From the NCBI GenBank assembly GCA_028686145.1, contig JAQUCQ010000001.1:1-41830 (forward strand): DNA of 41,830 nt, written 5' to 3'. The stretch is from Desulfuromonadaceae bacterium. Its GTDB lineage: Bacteria; Desulfobacterota; Desulfuromonadia; Geobacterales; Pseudopelobacteraceae. This document shows, piece by piece, positions 1 to 8,801 of the stretch. The first letter of the stretch is position 1. Each line of letters begins with the position of its first letter. Under the pieces are notes generated by a model. It did no database searches. It was not told the DNA's origin and worked only from the letters and a program-made list of their open reading frames with translations. The translations under genes and the position numbers were made by a program.

Positions 1-131
1 AGACCGTCGAGAAACTGTTGCAGAGTCAGCCAATGGTACTGCTCGACCATGATATGATTGAGGAGCGGAATCAGCACGTAACCACCACCGACAAAGATCA
101 GGCCAATGCGGAAGAAGGTCCATGCAATCAT
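1..131 (-). CDS. CHR-family chromate transporter monodomain protein (5' part only; continues past the left edge)
   Basis: Not in the ORF track because it is edge-truncated. Hand translation of the minus strand from ATG 131..129 gives MIAWTFFRIGLIFVGGGYVLIPLLNHIMVEQYHWLTLQQFLDG with no stop before position 1. It shows a hydrophobic helix plus the F-x-GGG-x4-P signature seen in ChrA halves. It begins 14 nt after the stop of the preceding CHR gene. Confidence 0.75.
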   Translation of the reverse strand, partial: MIAWTFFRIGLIFVGGGYVLIPLLNHIMVEQYHWLTLQQFLDG

Positions 132-145
132 AAGCAGCGAGGCCA

Positions 146-703
146 TCAGCTGAATCTCCGGCGGTAATAACTGCTGCAGAGCGACCAGAACGCAGCTCCC
201 AAAAGAATCCAGGCGGCGTTGAGTTTGAAAAACACTGCTGCGCAGAAAGCGACCGCCGCCATCAAGGCACCGTTGCTCCCTCTGATCTGTTTGCGGCCCA
301 TATCGATGGCAACGACAACGATCAAACCGATAATGACCGGATTGGTTCCCTTGAGGGCGGCCTGCAGTTGAGGCAGTTTGTTATAGGTGAAGTAGACCCA
401 GGAGAGGAGGCTTACCAACAGAAAAGAGGGAAGTAGAAAGGCTGCTGCAGCGAGTGTTCCGCCACGTATTCCACGCAGGTGGTGACCGGTAAATGTACAG
501 ACATTGAGTGAAAACGGTCCCAGTATTTGCCCGAAGGCGAGACCATGCATAAACTCTTCGGATGTAATCCAGTTTTTCTCATGAACGCATACCCGTTCAA
601 CCATCGCGACAATGGCCATACCACCGCCAAAGCCGGTTACGCCGATCTTGGCAAATGTCAGGAAAATTTCGGTCAGGCTGATTTTATATGCGTCTGATTT
701 CAT
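146..703 (-). CDS. CHR-family chromate transporter monodomain protein
   Basis: ORF 146..790. The body FAKIGVTGFGGGMAIVAMVERVCVHEKNWITSEEFMHGLAFGQILGPFSLN fits the chromate ion transporter (CHR) signature. I prefer ATG 703 (MKSDAYKISLTEIF...) because the 29 codons upstream look non-coding and would run almost into mtnA. Confidence 0.8.
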   Translation of the reverse strand: MKSDAYKISLTEIFLTFAKIGVTGFGGGMAIVAMVERVCVHEKNWITSEEFMHGLAFGQILGPFSLNVCTFTGHHLRGIRGGTLAAAAFLLPSFLLVSLLSWVYFTYNKLPQLQAALKGTNPVIIGLIVVVAIDMGRKQIRGSNGALMAAVAFCAAVFFKLNAAWILLGAAFWSLCSSYYRRRFS

Positions 704-831
704 GACGGAGTTATAGCAGGAAGTGAGAATTACCAGCAAGGGAAAATGGTGGAGAACATATTGCCTGAACCGGCATGCCATGGTACACATAACAAGAGAT
801 GCAATTCAATCAACGACCAAGGAGTTCAGCC

Positions 832-1872
832 ATGTCGTTCCGCACTATTGAATGGCTTGATGATGCCGTTATCATGATCGACCAGACCCGCCTGCCGGGC
901 GAAGAGATCTACAACACCTATCGCGATTTTCAGTCGGTTGCGGAAGCAATTAAGGGGATGATAATTCGGGGAGCTCCGGCGATCGGAGTCGCAGCGGCTA
1001 TGGGCGTTGCGTTGGGGGCCCGGGCTATTATCGCCGATACTCATGAATCCTTTTTCCGCCAGCTGGACAATGTGTGCGACGTATTGGCGCGAACCCGCCC
1101 GACGGCTGTTAATCTTTTCTGGGGGCTGGAGCGGATGAAGCAGGCCGCTGAAGCGAACCGGGATAAGAGTCTCGATAAAATCCGGGAAGTTCTAAAAAAA
1201 GAGGCGATCCGGATTGAGCAGGAGGATCTGACTATCTGCAAAAATATCGGCAAGTGGGGTGCTACGCTTATTCCTGATGGAGCTGCCGTTTTGACCCACT
1301 GCAATGCCGGGGGGTTGGCAACGGCCGGTTACGGCACCGCGCTGGGCGTTATTCGTGCCGCTCATGAGGCGGGTAAAAAGATTCAGGTGTTCGTCGATGA
1401 GACCCGCCCCTGGCTGCAGGGAGCGCGTCTGACCGCCTGGGAGCTGATGAAAGAGGGTATTCCGGCGACACTGATTTCCGACAACATGGCCGGTTTTTTT
1501 ATGAATCGCGGTGAGATCTCCTGCTGCGTGGTCGGAGCCGACCGGATTGCCGCCAACGGCGATACCGCCAACAAGATCGGCACCTATTCAGTGGCGGTGC
1601 TGGCCAAAGAAAATAACATTCCTTTTTACGTTGCTGCTCCGGTTTCGACACTGGATCTCACTCTTTCCGACGGGAGCAAAATTCCGATTGAAGAGCGGCC
1701 CTCAAGCGAAGTAACACATATTAAGGGTGTTGCAATTGCGCCGGAAGGGGTCCGGGTTCGCAATCCGGCCTTTGATGTGACTCCAGCCCGCTATATTTCC
1801 GCGATCATCACTGAAAACGGGATTGTCAGTGGTGATTACCGTACCGGTCTGCGTAAGGCTGCGAGTCCCTGA
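832..1872 (+). CDS. mtnA: S-methyl-5-thioribose-1-phosphate isomerase
   Basis: ORF 799..1872. ATG 832 ([22 protein letters not shown]) gives the usual MtnA N-terminus. It has an eIF-2B-like body with [18 protein letters not shown] and FDVTPA motifs. Confidence 0.9.
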   Translation: MSFRTIEWLDDAVIMIDQTRLPGEEIYNTYRDFQSVAEAIKGMIIRGAPAIGVAAAMGVALGARAIIADTHESFFRQLDNVCDVLARTRPTAVNLFWGLERMKQAAEANRDKSLDKIREVLKKEAIRIEQEDLTICKNIGKWGATLIPDGAAVLTHCNAGGLATAGYGTALGVIRAAHEAGKKIQVFVDETRPWLQGARLTAWELMKEGIPATLISDNMAGFFMNRGEISCCVVGADRIAANGDTANKIGTYSVAVLAKENNIPFYVAAPVSTLDLTLSDGSKIPIEERPSSEVTHIKGVAIAPEGVRVRNPAFDVTPARYISAIITENGIVSGDYRTGLRKAASP

Positions 1873-1873
1873 C

Positions 1874-4800
1874 ATGCACAGAGAACACTTCTCCAAGGAG
1901 TTTAATCGGATCATTGCGGTTTCTGACCCTGCCAGGCAGGTATCGGACCTGGCCGCATTTCTTGAATTACACGGTTTTCAGCACGGCACGCGCTCTGCCG
2001 AAAATGTACAGCTGCTCCGACCGCTATTCACCGTCGAGACGTTGTATCGTATTGTCATCAAAGCTCTCAGAACCCCATCACCTGATCAGGCGTTAAATTC
2101 GTTTGAACGGTTGGCTGGAGTCGTCTCTCCGGAAAATCTGTCCAAATTGGCGGAGCGAAAGAAGCGGCTGGCCCACTACGTTATGCTCTGCGGCTCGTCA
2201 CCATTCCTGGTGAATTTGATGTACAAATCCCCTGACATCGTGTGCTGGCTTTTTCTGGAGGACGGCATCGATCTTTCCCGTTCTGCCGAGGAGATGCAGG
2301 CTGCTGTTCATGGCACTGTTGGGGAGTTGACCGATTTTACTGCCCTGCAGAAGGCGCTGCGAAGTTTCAAACGCAGTGAAATTGTGCGGATTGCCGCTCG
2401 TGACCTCTGTGAGTTGGCCCCGCTTGAAGAGGTTATGAGGGAGCTTGCCGATCTTGCTTCATCAATGCTTCAGGTTGCGTATGAGGTCTGTCGGCGCTGT
2501 CTTATACGCGACCATGGTGTTCCGCTGCTGACGGAAGATACGGGTGAAGTGCGCGAAGCAGAGATGACCGTGATCGGCATGGGCAAGCTTGGTGGCCGAG
2601 AGCTGAATTTTTCTTCTGATATCGATATCATCTTCTTCTATGAGTCGGACAGGGGTGAGACCGCTGGCGCAGAGAACGGACCGGGAGGGAGGAAAGGTGG
2701 CATCTCGCTCCATGTCTTCTTTAACAAGCTGGGGGAGATGATCAGTCGGGCGCTCTCACAGGTAACGGAAGATGGATTTGTATTTCGGGTGGATGTTGGC
2801 CTTCGCCCTGAAGGGAAATCGGGCGATATGGCGATTTCTCTTCGCTCGGCGGAGATCTATTATGAATCCTGGGGGCAGTCCTGGGAACGTACCGCCATGC
2901 TGAAAGCCCGGCCGGTGGCTGGTTCGCTGGCGGTGGGTGAACAACTGCTTAAAACCCTGCAGCCGTTTATCTACCGTAAATATCTCGATTACAATCTCAT
3001 CGAGGATATGAAGCTGATGAAGCAGAAAATTGATGCCTCGCTGGCTCGTTCACGGGAAGGGGAAATCAACCTCAAGCTTGGTCGTGGCGGCATTCGTGAA
3101 ATCGAATTTTTTATTCAGGCGCTCCAGTTGGTGTATGCCGGGAAAAATCCGAAACTGCGGGAACGCAATTCGCTCTCTGCACTGGATACGCTTCTGGCGG
3201 CACAATTGCTTGGCGAAGACGATCATCGTAAATTGAAGGAGGCGTATCGTTTCCTTCGGTCGGTCGAACACCGTATTCAAGTGGTACAGGAACGCCAGAC
3301 CCACAATTTGCCGGCCAAAGAGGAAGAGATGCTTGCGCTGGCAAGGCGGAGCGGGTATCTGCGCCCTACCGGGCTGGCGCGTTTTTGCGAGGTACTGGAA
3401 GAGCATCGCGGCAATGTTTCCGTCATCTATGGTACCCTTTTCCATTCGAGCGACGAAAAACTGGAGCAGGAAGTCCATCCGCATATTTTATTTCTTCTCG
3501 ATCCCAAGGCTGATTCCGATCTGGTCAAGGATATGCTGATGGAACATCATTTTGAGGATGTTGAGCGTGCCTATGATAACCTGATTTCTTTGCGGAGGGG
3601 GCCGATAAAAATCAACCTGACCGAGCGGAGCCGCCGTCTTCTGCAAAAAATCACGCCACTGATGATCCATGAAATTTTTGAATCGCCCGATCCTGATCTG
3701 GCTCTGACCAACCTGGAACGCTTCCTGGCGGTAGTTGCCACCAGGTCATCCTATTATGCTTTGCTGGCGGAAAATCGTCATACGATCAAGTTGCTGGTGT
3801 CGTTGTTTGGCATGTCAGAATTTCTTTCCAAGATCCTGATCAGCCATCCGGAGCTGCTTGACAGCCTGGTCGCCCGAAGCGGTTCCACCGTCATCAAAAC
3901 AAAGGAAACGATGCTGGCAGAGTTGGCATCTCTTCTTGAACGGAGTGACTATTTTGAGGATCACCTGGACATTCTGCGTCGCTATCGCAACGAGGAATTC
4001 CTGCGCATCGGACTGAATGATATTCATGGCCGCCTGCTACAGGGGGAGGTCACTTCGCAGCTCAGCCTGCTGGGAGAAGTCTGCTTGGCCACGGCGTTCC
4101 AACTTGCTGTTACGGAGTTGCAGCGCTTCGGTCGCCCCATCTGGCAGCGCGAGGGGCATGCTACCGAGGCGAATTTGGCGATTATTGCTATGGGAAAGTT
4201 GGGCGGTGAGGAGCTTAACTACCATTCTGATCTGGATATCATCTTTGTGTACGATCATCAGGGGCAAACAGACGGCGAAAAACAGATCACGAACCACGAA
4301 TATTTTGCCAAATTGGCCCAGAAGATCATATCGATCCTGACCTTGCAGACCCGTGAAGGGTATGTCTATAAGATTGACACACGGCTTCGCCCATCCGGCA
4401 ATGCCGGCCCCCTGGTGACGTCACTGGATTCTTTTCTCAACTACCACCGAACGGAAGCTCAGGTATGGGAGCGCCAGGCGCTTACCAAGGCTCGCGTCGT
4501 ACTGGGCGACGATAAGCTGGCAGGCCAGCTGTACGACATTATTCGCCACACGATTTACGGCACTAGTATAGATAATGAAGGGCGTCAGGAGATCCGCCGT
4601 CTGCGGATGAGGATGGAAAATGAACTGGCTCGCGAGAAGAGCGGCAGTTACAATATTAAAACCGGACGGGGCGGGATGGTGGATGTGGAGTTTGCTGTTC
4701 AGTACCTGCAGCTGCGGGAAGGGCGCCGTTCTCCGGAATTACGCACTCCCAGCACGCTTATTGCGCTCAAGGAAATCGGCACGCTCGGGCTGTTACCCAA

Positions 4801-5044
4801 TGACAGCGCCCAAACGCTCCTGTCCGGATATAAATTTCTGCGCAAACTTGAAAACCGCCTGCGGATTATCCATGACTATTCGGTCAATGATCTCTCCGGG
4901 TCAAAAATGTATCTGAACAAACTGGCGCGACGCCTCGGATATGACCCCAAACTGAAGAACCCGGGTGCCGCGCTGATTTGTGATTATGAGGAGATAACGG
5001 GCAAAATCCGGGATGTGTTTGACCGGTTGTTTGAGGGAGAATAA
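1874..5044 (+). CDS. glnE: Bifunctional glutamine synthetase adenylyltransferase/adenylyl-removing enzyme
   Basis: ORF 1823..5044. There are two nucleotidyltransferase halves, each with the GKLGG-x-EL-x3-SD-x-D motif (GMGKLGGRELNFSSDIDIIFFY and AMGKLGGEELNYHSDLDIIFVY). At about 1056 aa the size fits GlnE. ATG 1874 lies 1 nt after the mtnA stop, and the 17 codons upstream overlap mtnA. Confidence 0.9.
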   Translation: MHREHFSKEFNRIIAVSDPARQVSDLAAFLELHGFQHGTRSAENVQLLRPLFTVETLYRIVIKALRTPSPDQALNSFERLAGVVSPENLSKLAERKKRLAHYVMLCGSSPFLVNLMYKSPDIVCWLFLEDGIDLSRSAEEMQAAVHGTVGELTDFTALQKALRSFKRSEIVRIAARDLCELAPLEEVMRELADLASSMLQVAYEVCRRCLIRDHGVPLLTEDTGEVREAEMTVIGMGKLGGRELNFSSDIDIIFFYESDRGETAGAENGPGGRKGGISLHVFFNKLGEMISRALSQVTEDGFVFRVDVGLRPEGKSGDMAISLRSAEIYYESWGQSWERTAMLKARPVAGSLAVGEQLLKTLQPFIYRKYLDYNLIEDMKLMKQKIDASLARSREGEINLKLGRGGIREIEFFIQALQLVYAGKNPKLRERNSLSALDTLLAAQLLGEDDHRKLKEAYRFLRSVEHRIQVVQERQTHNLPAKEEEMLALARRSGYLRPTGLARFCEVLEEHRGNVSVIYGTLFHSSDEKLEQEVHPHILFLLDPKADSDLVKDMLMEHHFEDVERAYDNLISLRRGPIKINLTERSRRLLQKITPLMIHEIFESPDPDLALTNLERFLAVVATRSSYYALLAENRHTIKLLVSLFGMSEFLSKILISHPELLDSLVARSGSTVIKTKETMLAELASLLERSDYFEDHLDILRRYRNEEFLRIGLNDIHGRLLQGEVTSQLSLLGEVCLATAFQLAVTELQRFGRPIWQREGHATEANLAIIAMGKLGGEELNYHSDLDIIFVYDHQGQTDGEKQITNHEYFAKLAQKIISILTLQTREGYVYKIDTRLRPSGNAGPLVTSLDSFLNYHRTEAQVWERQALTKARVVLGDDKLAGQLYDIIRHTIYGTSIDNEGRQEIRRLRMRMENELAREKSGSYNIKTGRGGMVDVEFAVQYLQLREGRRSPELRTPSTLIALKEIGTLGLLPNDSAQTLLSGYKFLRKLENRLRIIHDYSVNDLSGSKMYLNKLARRLGYDPKLKNPGAALICDYEEITGKIRDVFDRLFEGE

Positions 5045-5063
5045 ATTGTGATGGGGCTTGCCT

Positions 5064-5864
5064 TCAATTGGCTGAATCAGCCGGTTTTTCGTAATCCAGC
5101 ACCTGGCATAATGCCGCATCAATTTTCGATACATCAACAACGGTGTTAAAACAGGGGCCAAAGGGGCGCTCGTTGAGGATGCCGATAACCGGCAGGGGAT
5201 AGCAGTCTTTTATTCCTGAGGTCAGATCCCGCTCACAGGCTACTGCCAACACCAGTTTTGGCCGTTTTTCCACAATGACCTTGCGAGCCAGGGTACCGCC
5301 GGTGGCAACCGAAATATCGACAGAATACTTTCGTCCGATCTCGACCAGGCCCTTGACGCTGCAGCGTCCGCATTTTACGCATTTGTGGATGTTACCGGTA
5401 ACTTTGATTTCGCAATCAGACAGTTGGATACAATGAGGCAGCAGCACCAGGATTCTGTCCGGTTTTACCTTCATGCGCTGAGACATCACGAGGCTGTTGT
5501 TCATGGCAATAAAAGATTGCCGGATACTGTCCTTGTCAAGTCCCATTACCCTCCCCACAAATTCGATAACCGGCAATAAAAACTTGATAACGACCAGGCG
5601 CATGAAGCGGGTCAGAAAAATGTCCTTGCCCAGTGCGGTGGTCAGCACCAGCAAGCCGGTGCCGAGAATTGCAGCGCCGGAGAGCACAACCATGATAATG
5701 CCGACGATATGCGGCAAGTTAGGGTTAATGTTGGCCAGTCCGCGGTTCGGGATCCACCAGATCAGGAAGATGACTGCAACCACAATCAGGCAGGTTATGC
5801 CCATCAGGGTGACAAAGAGCCGTTTGCGTGGCGGCGTGGTTACTGTTTGCGGAGTATCTGTCAT
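5064..5864 (-). CDS. DUF116-family membrane protein with a Cys-rich cytoplasmic domain
   Basis: It has three N-terminal hydrophobic helices followed by LLPHCIQLSDCEIKVTGNIHKCVKCGRCSVKGL ... LAVACERDL ... GPCFN, which I recognise as the DUF116 family. Its ATG overlaps the fmt stop (ATGA at 5861-5864). Confidence 0.75.
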   Translation of the reverse strand: MTDTPQTVTTPPRKRLFVTLMGITCLIVVAVIFLIWWIPNRGLANINPNLPHIVGIIMVVLSGAAILGTGLLVLTTALGKDIFLTRFMRLVVIKFLLPVIEFVGRVMGLDKDSIRQSFIAMNNSLVMSQRMKVKPDRILVLLPHCIQLSDCEIKVTGNIHKCVKCGRCSVKGLVEIGRKYSVDISVATGGTLARKVIVEKRPKLVLAVACERDLTSGIKDCYPLPVIGILNERPFGPCFNTVVDVSKIDAALCQVLDYEKPADSAN

Positions 5865-6820
5865 AATGAAGACCCTTCAGGTTGCGCGTCTCCAAGCAGA
5901 GTCCCTTCAGAAACAGGGTAACCGGCCAGAAAGCTGGCGCAGTCGAGGCGTTTCTTACCGGCCAGTTGCAGTTCATGTAAAAAAAGACTGCCCGATTGGC
6001 AGGCTACTTCAAAAGTGCCTTTCGCGGCCTGCAACACGGTTCCTGGCTTTCCCGAACCGTCACCGACGCGGGTGCGGAAAATTTTCAGCATCTGACCGTC
6101 TATGACCGTACAGGCGCCCGGCCAGACCGCCAGACCGCGTACCTGATTGTGGATTGTGCGGGCGTCAGCATGCCAGTTGATAACACCGTCCTCTTTTTTC
6201 AACATGGGGGCATAGCAGCTGTCGGCATTGTTTTGTGGCTGCGGGGCAAGGTTTCCAGCCGCAAGCCTGTCAAGCGTTTCTGCCAGCAGCTCAGCCCCCA
6301 TGTTTGACATGCGGTCATGCAGTGACAGGATATCTTCGTCTTCATCAAGAGGGGTTTTCTGCGTCAGTAGCATATCACCGGTGTCAAGGCCGACATCCAT
6401 CAGCATGGTGGTTACGCCGGTTTCCGTCTCTCCATGTATGATGCACCAGTTGAGCGGTGCGGCACCACGGTAGCGGGGCAACAGCGAAGCGTGGACGTTG
6501 ATGCAGCCATGTGGGGGGATCTCCAGTAACATCTTGGGAAGAATCTGGCCAAAAGCGACGACAACGATAACGTCAGGCTTGAGCTCACGGATGATGTCGA
6601 CAAAGCCAGGATCACGGACTTTTAACGGCTGGAATACCGGAATATCATATTTCTGGGCCAACTCCTTGACCGGTGGCGGCATCATTTTCTGGCCACGCCC
6701 TTTGGGTCGATCGGGCTGTGTGATGACTGCCACAATATTCTCTTCGCGTTCAATCAGTTTCAACAGGGTTGGACAGGCAAAATCAGGTGTTCCCATGAAA
6801 ATAGTTCGCCAACCGGTCAT
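5861..6820 (-). CDS. fmt: Methionyl-tRNA formyltransferase
   Basis: The N-terminus reads FMGTPDFACPTLLKLIE and the formyltransferase core reads HGCINVHASLLPRYRGAAPLNWCII. It sits directly downstream of def with an ATGA overlap (6817-6820). Confidence 0.95.
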   Translation of the reverse strand: MTGWRTIFMGTPDFACPTLLKLIEREENIVAVITQPDRPKGRGQKMMPPPVKELAQKYDIPVFQPLKVRDPGFVDIIRELKPDVIVVVAFGQILPKMLLEIPPHGCINVHASLLPRYRGAAPLNWCIIHGETETGVTTMLMDVGLDTGDMLLTQKTPLDEDEDILSLHDRMSNMGAELLAETLDRLAAGNLAPQPQNNADSCYAPMLKKEDGVINWHADARTIHNQVRGLAVWPGACTVIDGQMLKIFRTRVGDGSGKPGTVLQAAKGTFEVACQSGSLFLHELQLAGKKRLDCASFLAGYPVSEGTLLGDAQPEGSSL

Positions 6821-7323
6821 CGCTTATCCTCTGCCGCTTTGCGGGCTTTACGCTGGAATAGTTCACGTTTGAGCGTCGAGAGGTGGTCGACAAACAAGAC
6901 GCCATCAAGATGGTCAATCTCGTGCTGAAATGCGATAGCAAGTAGGTCTTCCGCTTTCCAGGTACGCTCGACGCCATCAATATCGAGCGCTTTGACGATC
7001 ACTCGGGCATGACGTCTGACATTGGCGGCATAGTCTGGCACTGACAGGCATCCTTCTTCTTCGTAGGTTTCTCCTTCGGCATGGACAATAGCCGGATTAA
7101 TGGCGACAATTAGATCCGGTGGTTCATTTTTACCCGAGATGTCAATAACAATAACACGCTGGTGGACGCCGATTTGAGGCGCTGCCAGACCAACTCCCGG
7201 CGCAGCATACATAGTTTCAGCCATATCCTGAACAAGCCCCCGGACCGAATCAGTGATAATTGTAATCGCAGCGGATTTTTTCTTGAGCTCGGGGTTCGGA
7301 TAGGTAAGAATAGTGCGAATCAT
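6817..7323 (-). CDS. def: Peptide deformylase
   Basis: All three deformylase motifs are present: GVGLAAPQIG, EEGCLSVP and HEIDHLDG. Confidence 0.95.
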   Translation of the reverse strand: MIRTILTYPNPELKKKSAAITIITDSVRGLVQDMAETMYAAPGVGLAAPQIGVHQRVIVIDISGKNEPPDLIVAINPAIVHAEGETYEEEGCLSVPDYAANVRRHARVIVKALDIDGVERTWKAEDLLAIAFQHEIDHLDGVLFVDHLSTLKRELFQRKARKAAEDKR

Positions 7324-7417
7324 TGTATATCCTTCATTGATGATATAAGTATGTAACGATACTATTTTAAAGCGATAAAATCAATTCCATCTTGAAGGGC
7401 ACACATGAGGTGCGGGT

Positions 7418-7627
7418 ATGACGGATCCGATCAAGGAAATCAGTGGGACTCAGGGTACTTCTGCAGGGGGGAGCTACAGCGGAGGCAGCTTTTCGGGACA
7501 TCATAAAAAAAAAGAGGCGATTGTGCCGCAAAGCGATCTCATCGAGATATCCCAGGATGCCCGGGATCGTTCAAAAGGCACTACAAAAAAGAGCATTCTG
7601 GAGTATCTGAAGAAGCTGCTGGGATAA
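7418..7627 (+). CDS. Small hypothetical protein (69 aa), Gly/Ser-rich N-half and basic C-half
   Basis: A GAGGTG Shine-Dalgarno lies 5 nt upstream of ATG 7418. I recognise no family. It contains an A9 tract (7505-7513) encoding HHKKKE. Confidence 0.5.
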   Translation: MTDPIKEISGTQGTSAGGSYSGGSFSGHHKKKEAIVPQSDLIEISQDARDRSKGTTKKSILEYLKKLLG

Positions 7628-7657
7628 TTCGGCGGTGCCGTATGGTATATTTTGCCA

Positions 7658-8539
7658 TTAATTAAAAAATCCCTTATCCTTTTCATACGCTTCGATGAAA
7701 GCCTCCATAAGTGCCTCTATGCGCTGTTCATCCAGGCCCAGCCTCTGTGCCGGCACTGTTTGTAGCAGATCCAGGCCGGTATCCGGTTCACGCATGCCGA
7801 TCCCGACTTTGTGGCAAAATAGATCGGACAGTCCGACAACACAGGTCAGGTTTATCTGGCAGGGATCTCCATCTCCCGGAAAATCAAACGTATGATGATC
7901 CAGCACGGCGTGCATCAGCATGTCAGGAAAATTCCATTTTTTGATGACCAGCCCGCCAACTTCGGAATGGGTATATGGATAAACCCGTTGTTCCGCTTCT
8001 TCAAAGGAAATCCCGTCATTGTAACAGCGCTGCATGACTTCTTGAAACTGCTGCTTGTTCATGGTGTTCATGATGATTTTGCCGATGTCGTGGAAAAGTC
8101 CGCCAAGAAAAGCCTCTTCTTCACTTACCAGGCGGGTTTCCTTGGCAATCATGCGCGACGCCAAACCGGCTCCAAAGGAGTGTTCCCAAAGCATTTTTTC
8201 GGTTAGTCCGTACGGCTGGTAAACCTGTTTGACGGATGCCGCTACCACCAAACTTTTTAAAGTGGCAAAGCCCAGAACGACAATTGCATGGGACAGTGTC
8301 TGGATCTGACGCTGACAACCGTAGAAGGAGGAGTTTGATATCTTTAACACGCGAGCGGCAACAGCCGGGTCAGAGGCAACAACTTTCGCCAGCTCTTCAG
8401 CAGTAGCTGTTTCACTCTCGATAAGCTGCATGACCTTGGTTGCGACAACCGGGATAGTCGGGAGGTCGCTGGCGGTCATGATCATTATTTCCAATTCTCT
8501 GTTCATCATTTCCTTAAGCAGCACATGTTTCTGATGCAT
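7658..8539 (-). CDS. HDOD domain signalling protein
   Basis: ORF 7658..8587, whose top start is TTG. The HDOD pattern is LPTIPVVATKVMQLIESETATAEELAKVVASDPAVAARVLKISNSSFYG ... GGLFHDIGK. The start is ambiguous: ATG 8539 is listed here, and ATGs at 8509/8506 follow an AAGGAA. Confidence 0.8.
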   Translation of the reverse strand: MHQKHVLLKEMMNRELEIMIMTASDLPTIPVVATKVMQLIESETATAEELAKVVASDPAVAARVLKISNSSFYGCQRQIQTLSHAIVVLGFATLKSLVVAASVKQVYQPYGLTEKMLWEHSFGAGLASRMIAKETRLVSEEEAFLGGLFHDIGKIIMNTMNKQQFQEVMQRCYNDGISFEEAEQRVYPYTHSEVGGLVIKKWNFPDMLMHAVLDHHTFDFPGDGDPCQINLTCVVGLSDLFCHKVGIGMREPDTGLDLLQTVPAQRLGLDEQRIEALMEAFIEAYEKDKGFFN

Positions 8540-8801
8540 GCAATCGTAATATAAAATAAATGAGACATTATCCACAAGTTGAGGCAAATAATCAAGTATT
8601 TAGCCTATGCAGGCCGGGATGCACGTTTCATGGATAACGGTAAACGTGAAACTGTACATGGATTAGTGTGGGGATAGATATGAATGATGTTTGTGTGTTA
8701 TAGAAATGTTCTGCGGCATAATGGAATACAGGAATATATAACCAGATTGCTCAACCTTCGCTGTTATAGACTCAAAATCTAAGAAATCATGGGTATAGAG
8801 A

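Noticed and set aside
704-831. Possible SAM or other riboswitch in front of mtnA, and GEMM-I (c-di-GMP) riboswitches in the long spacers (8588-8801, 11306-11576, 29701-30071, 31250-31503)
   Set aside because: Reading by eye, I found none of the conserved cores I remember (SAM-I kink-turn/GA motifs, or the GEMM ...GCAAA...GACGCAAAGCC... blocks). A covariance-model scan (Rfam/Infernal) would be decisive and I could not run one.
5497-6105. 202-aa plus-strand ORF spanning the DUF116/fmt junction
   Set aside because: It runs antisense across two overlapping, motif-bearing genes. Its composition (R/S/T/P-rich) looks non-coding.
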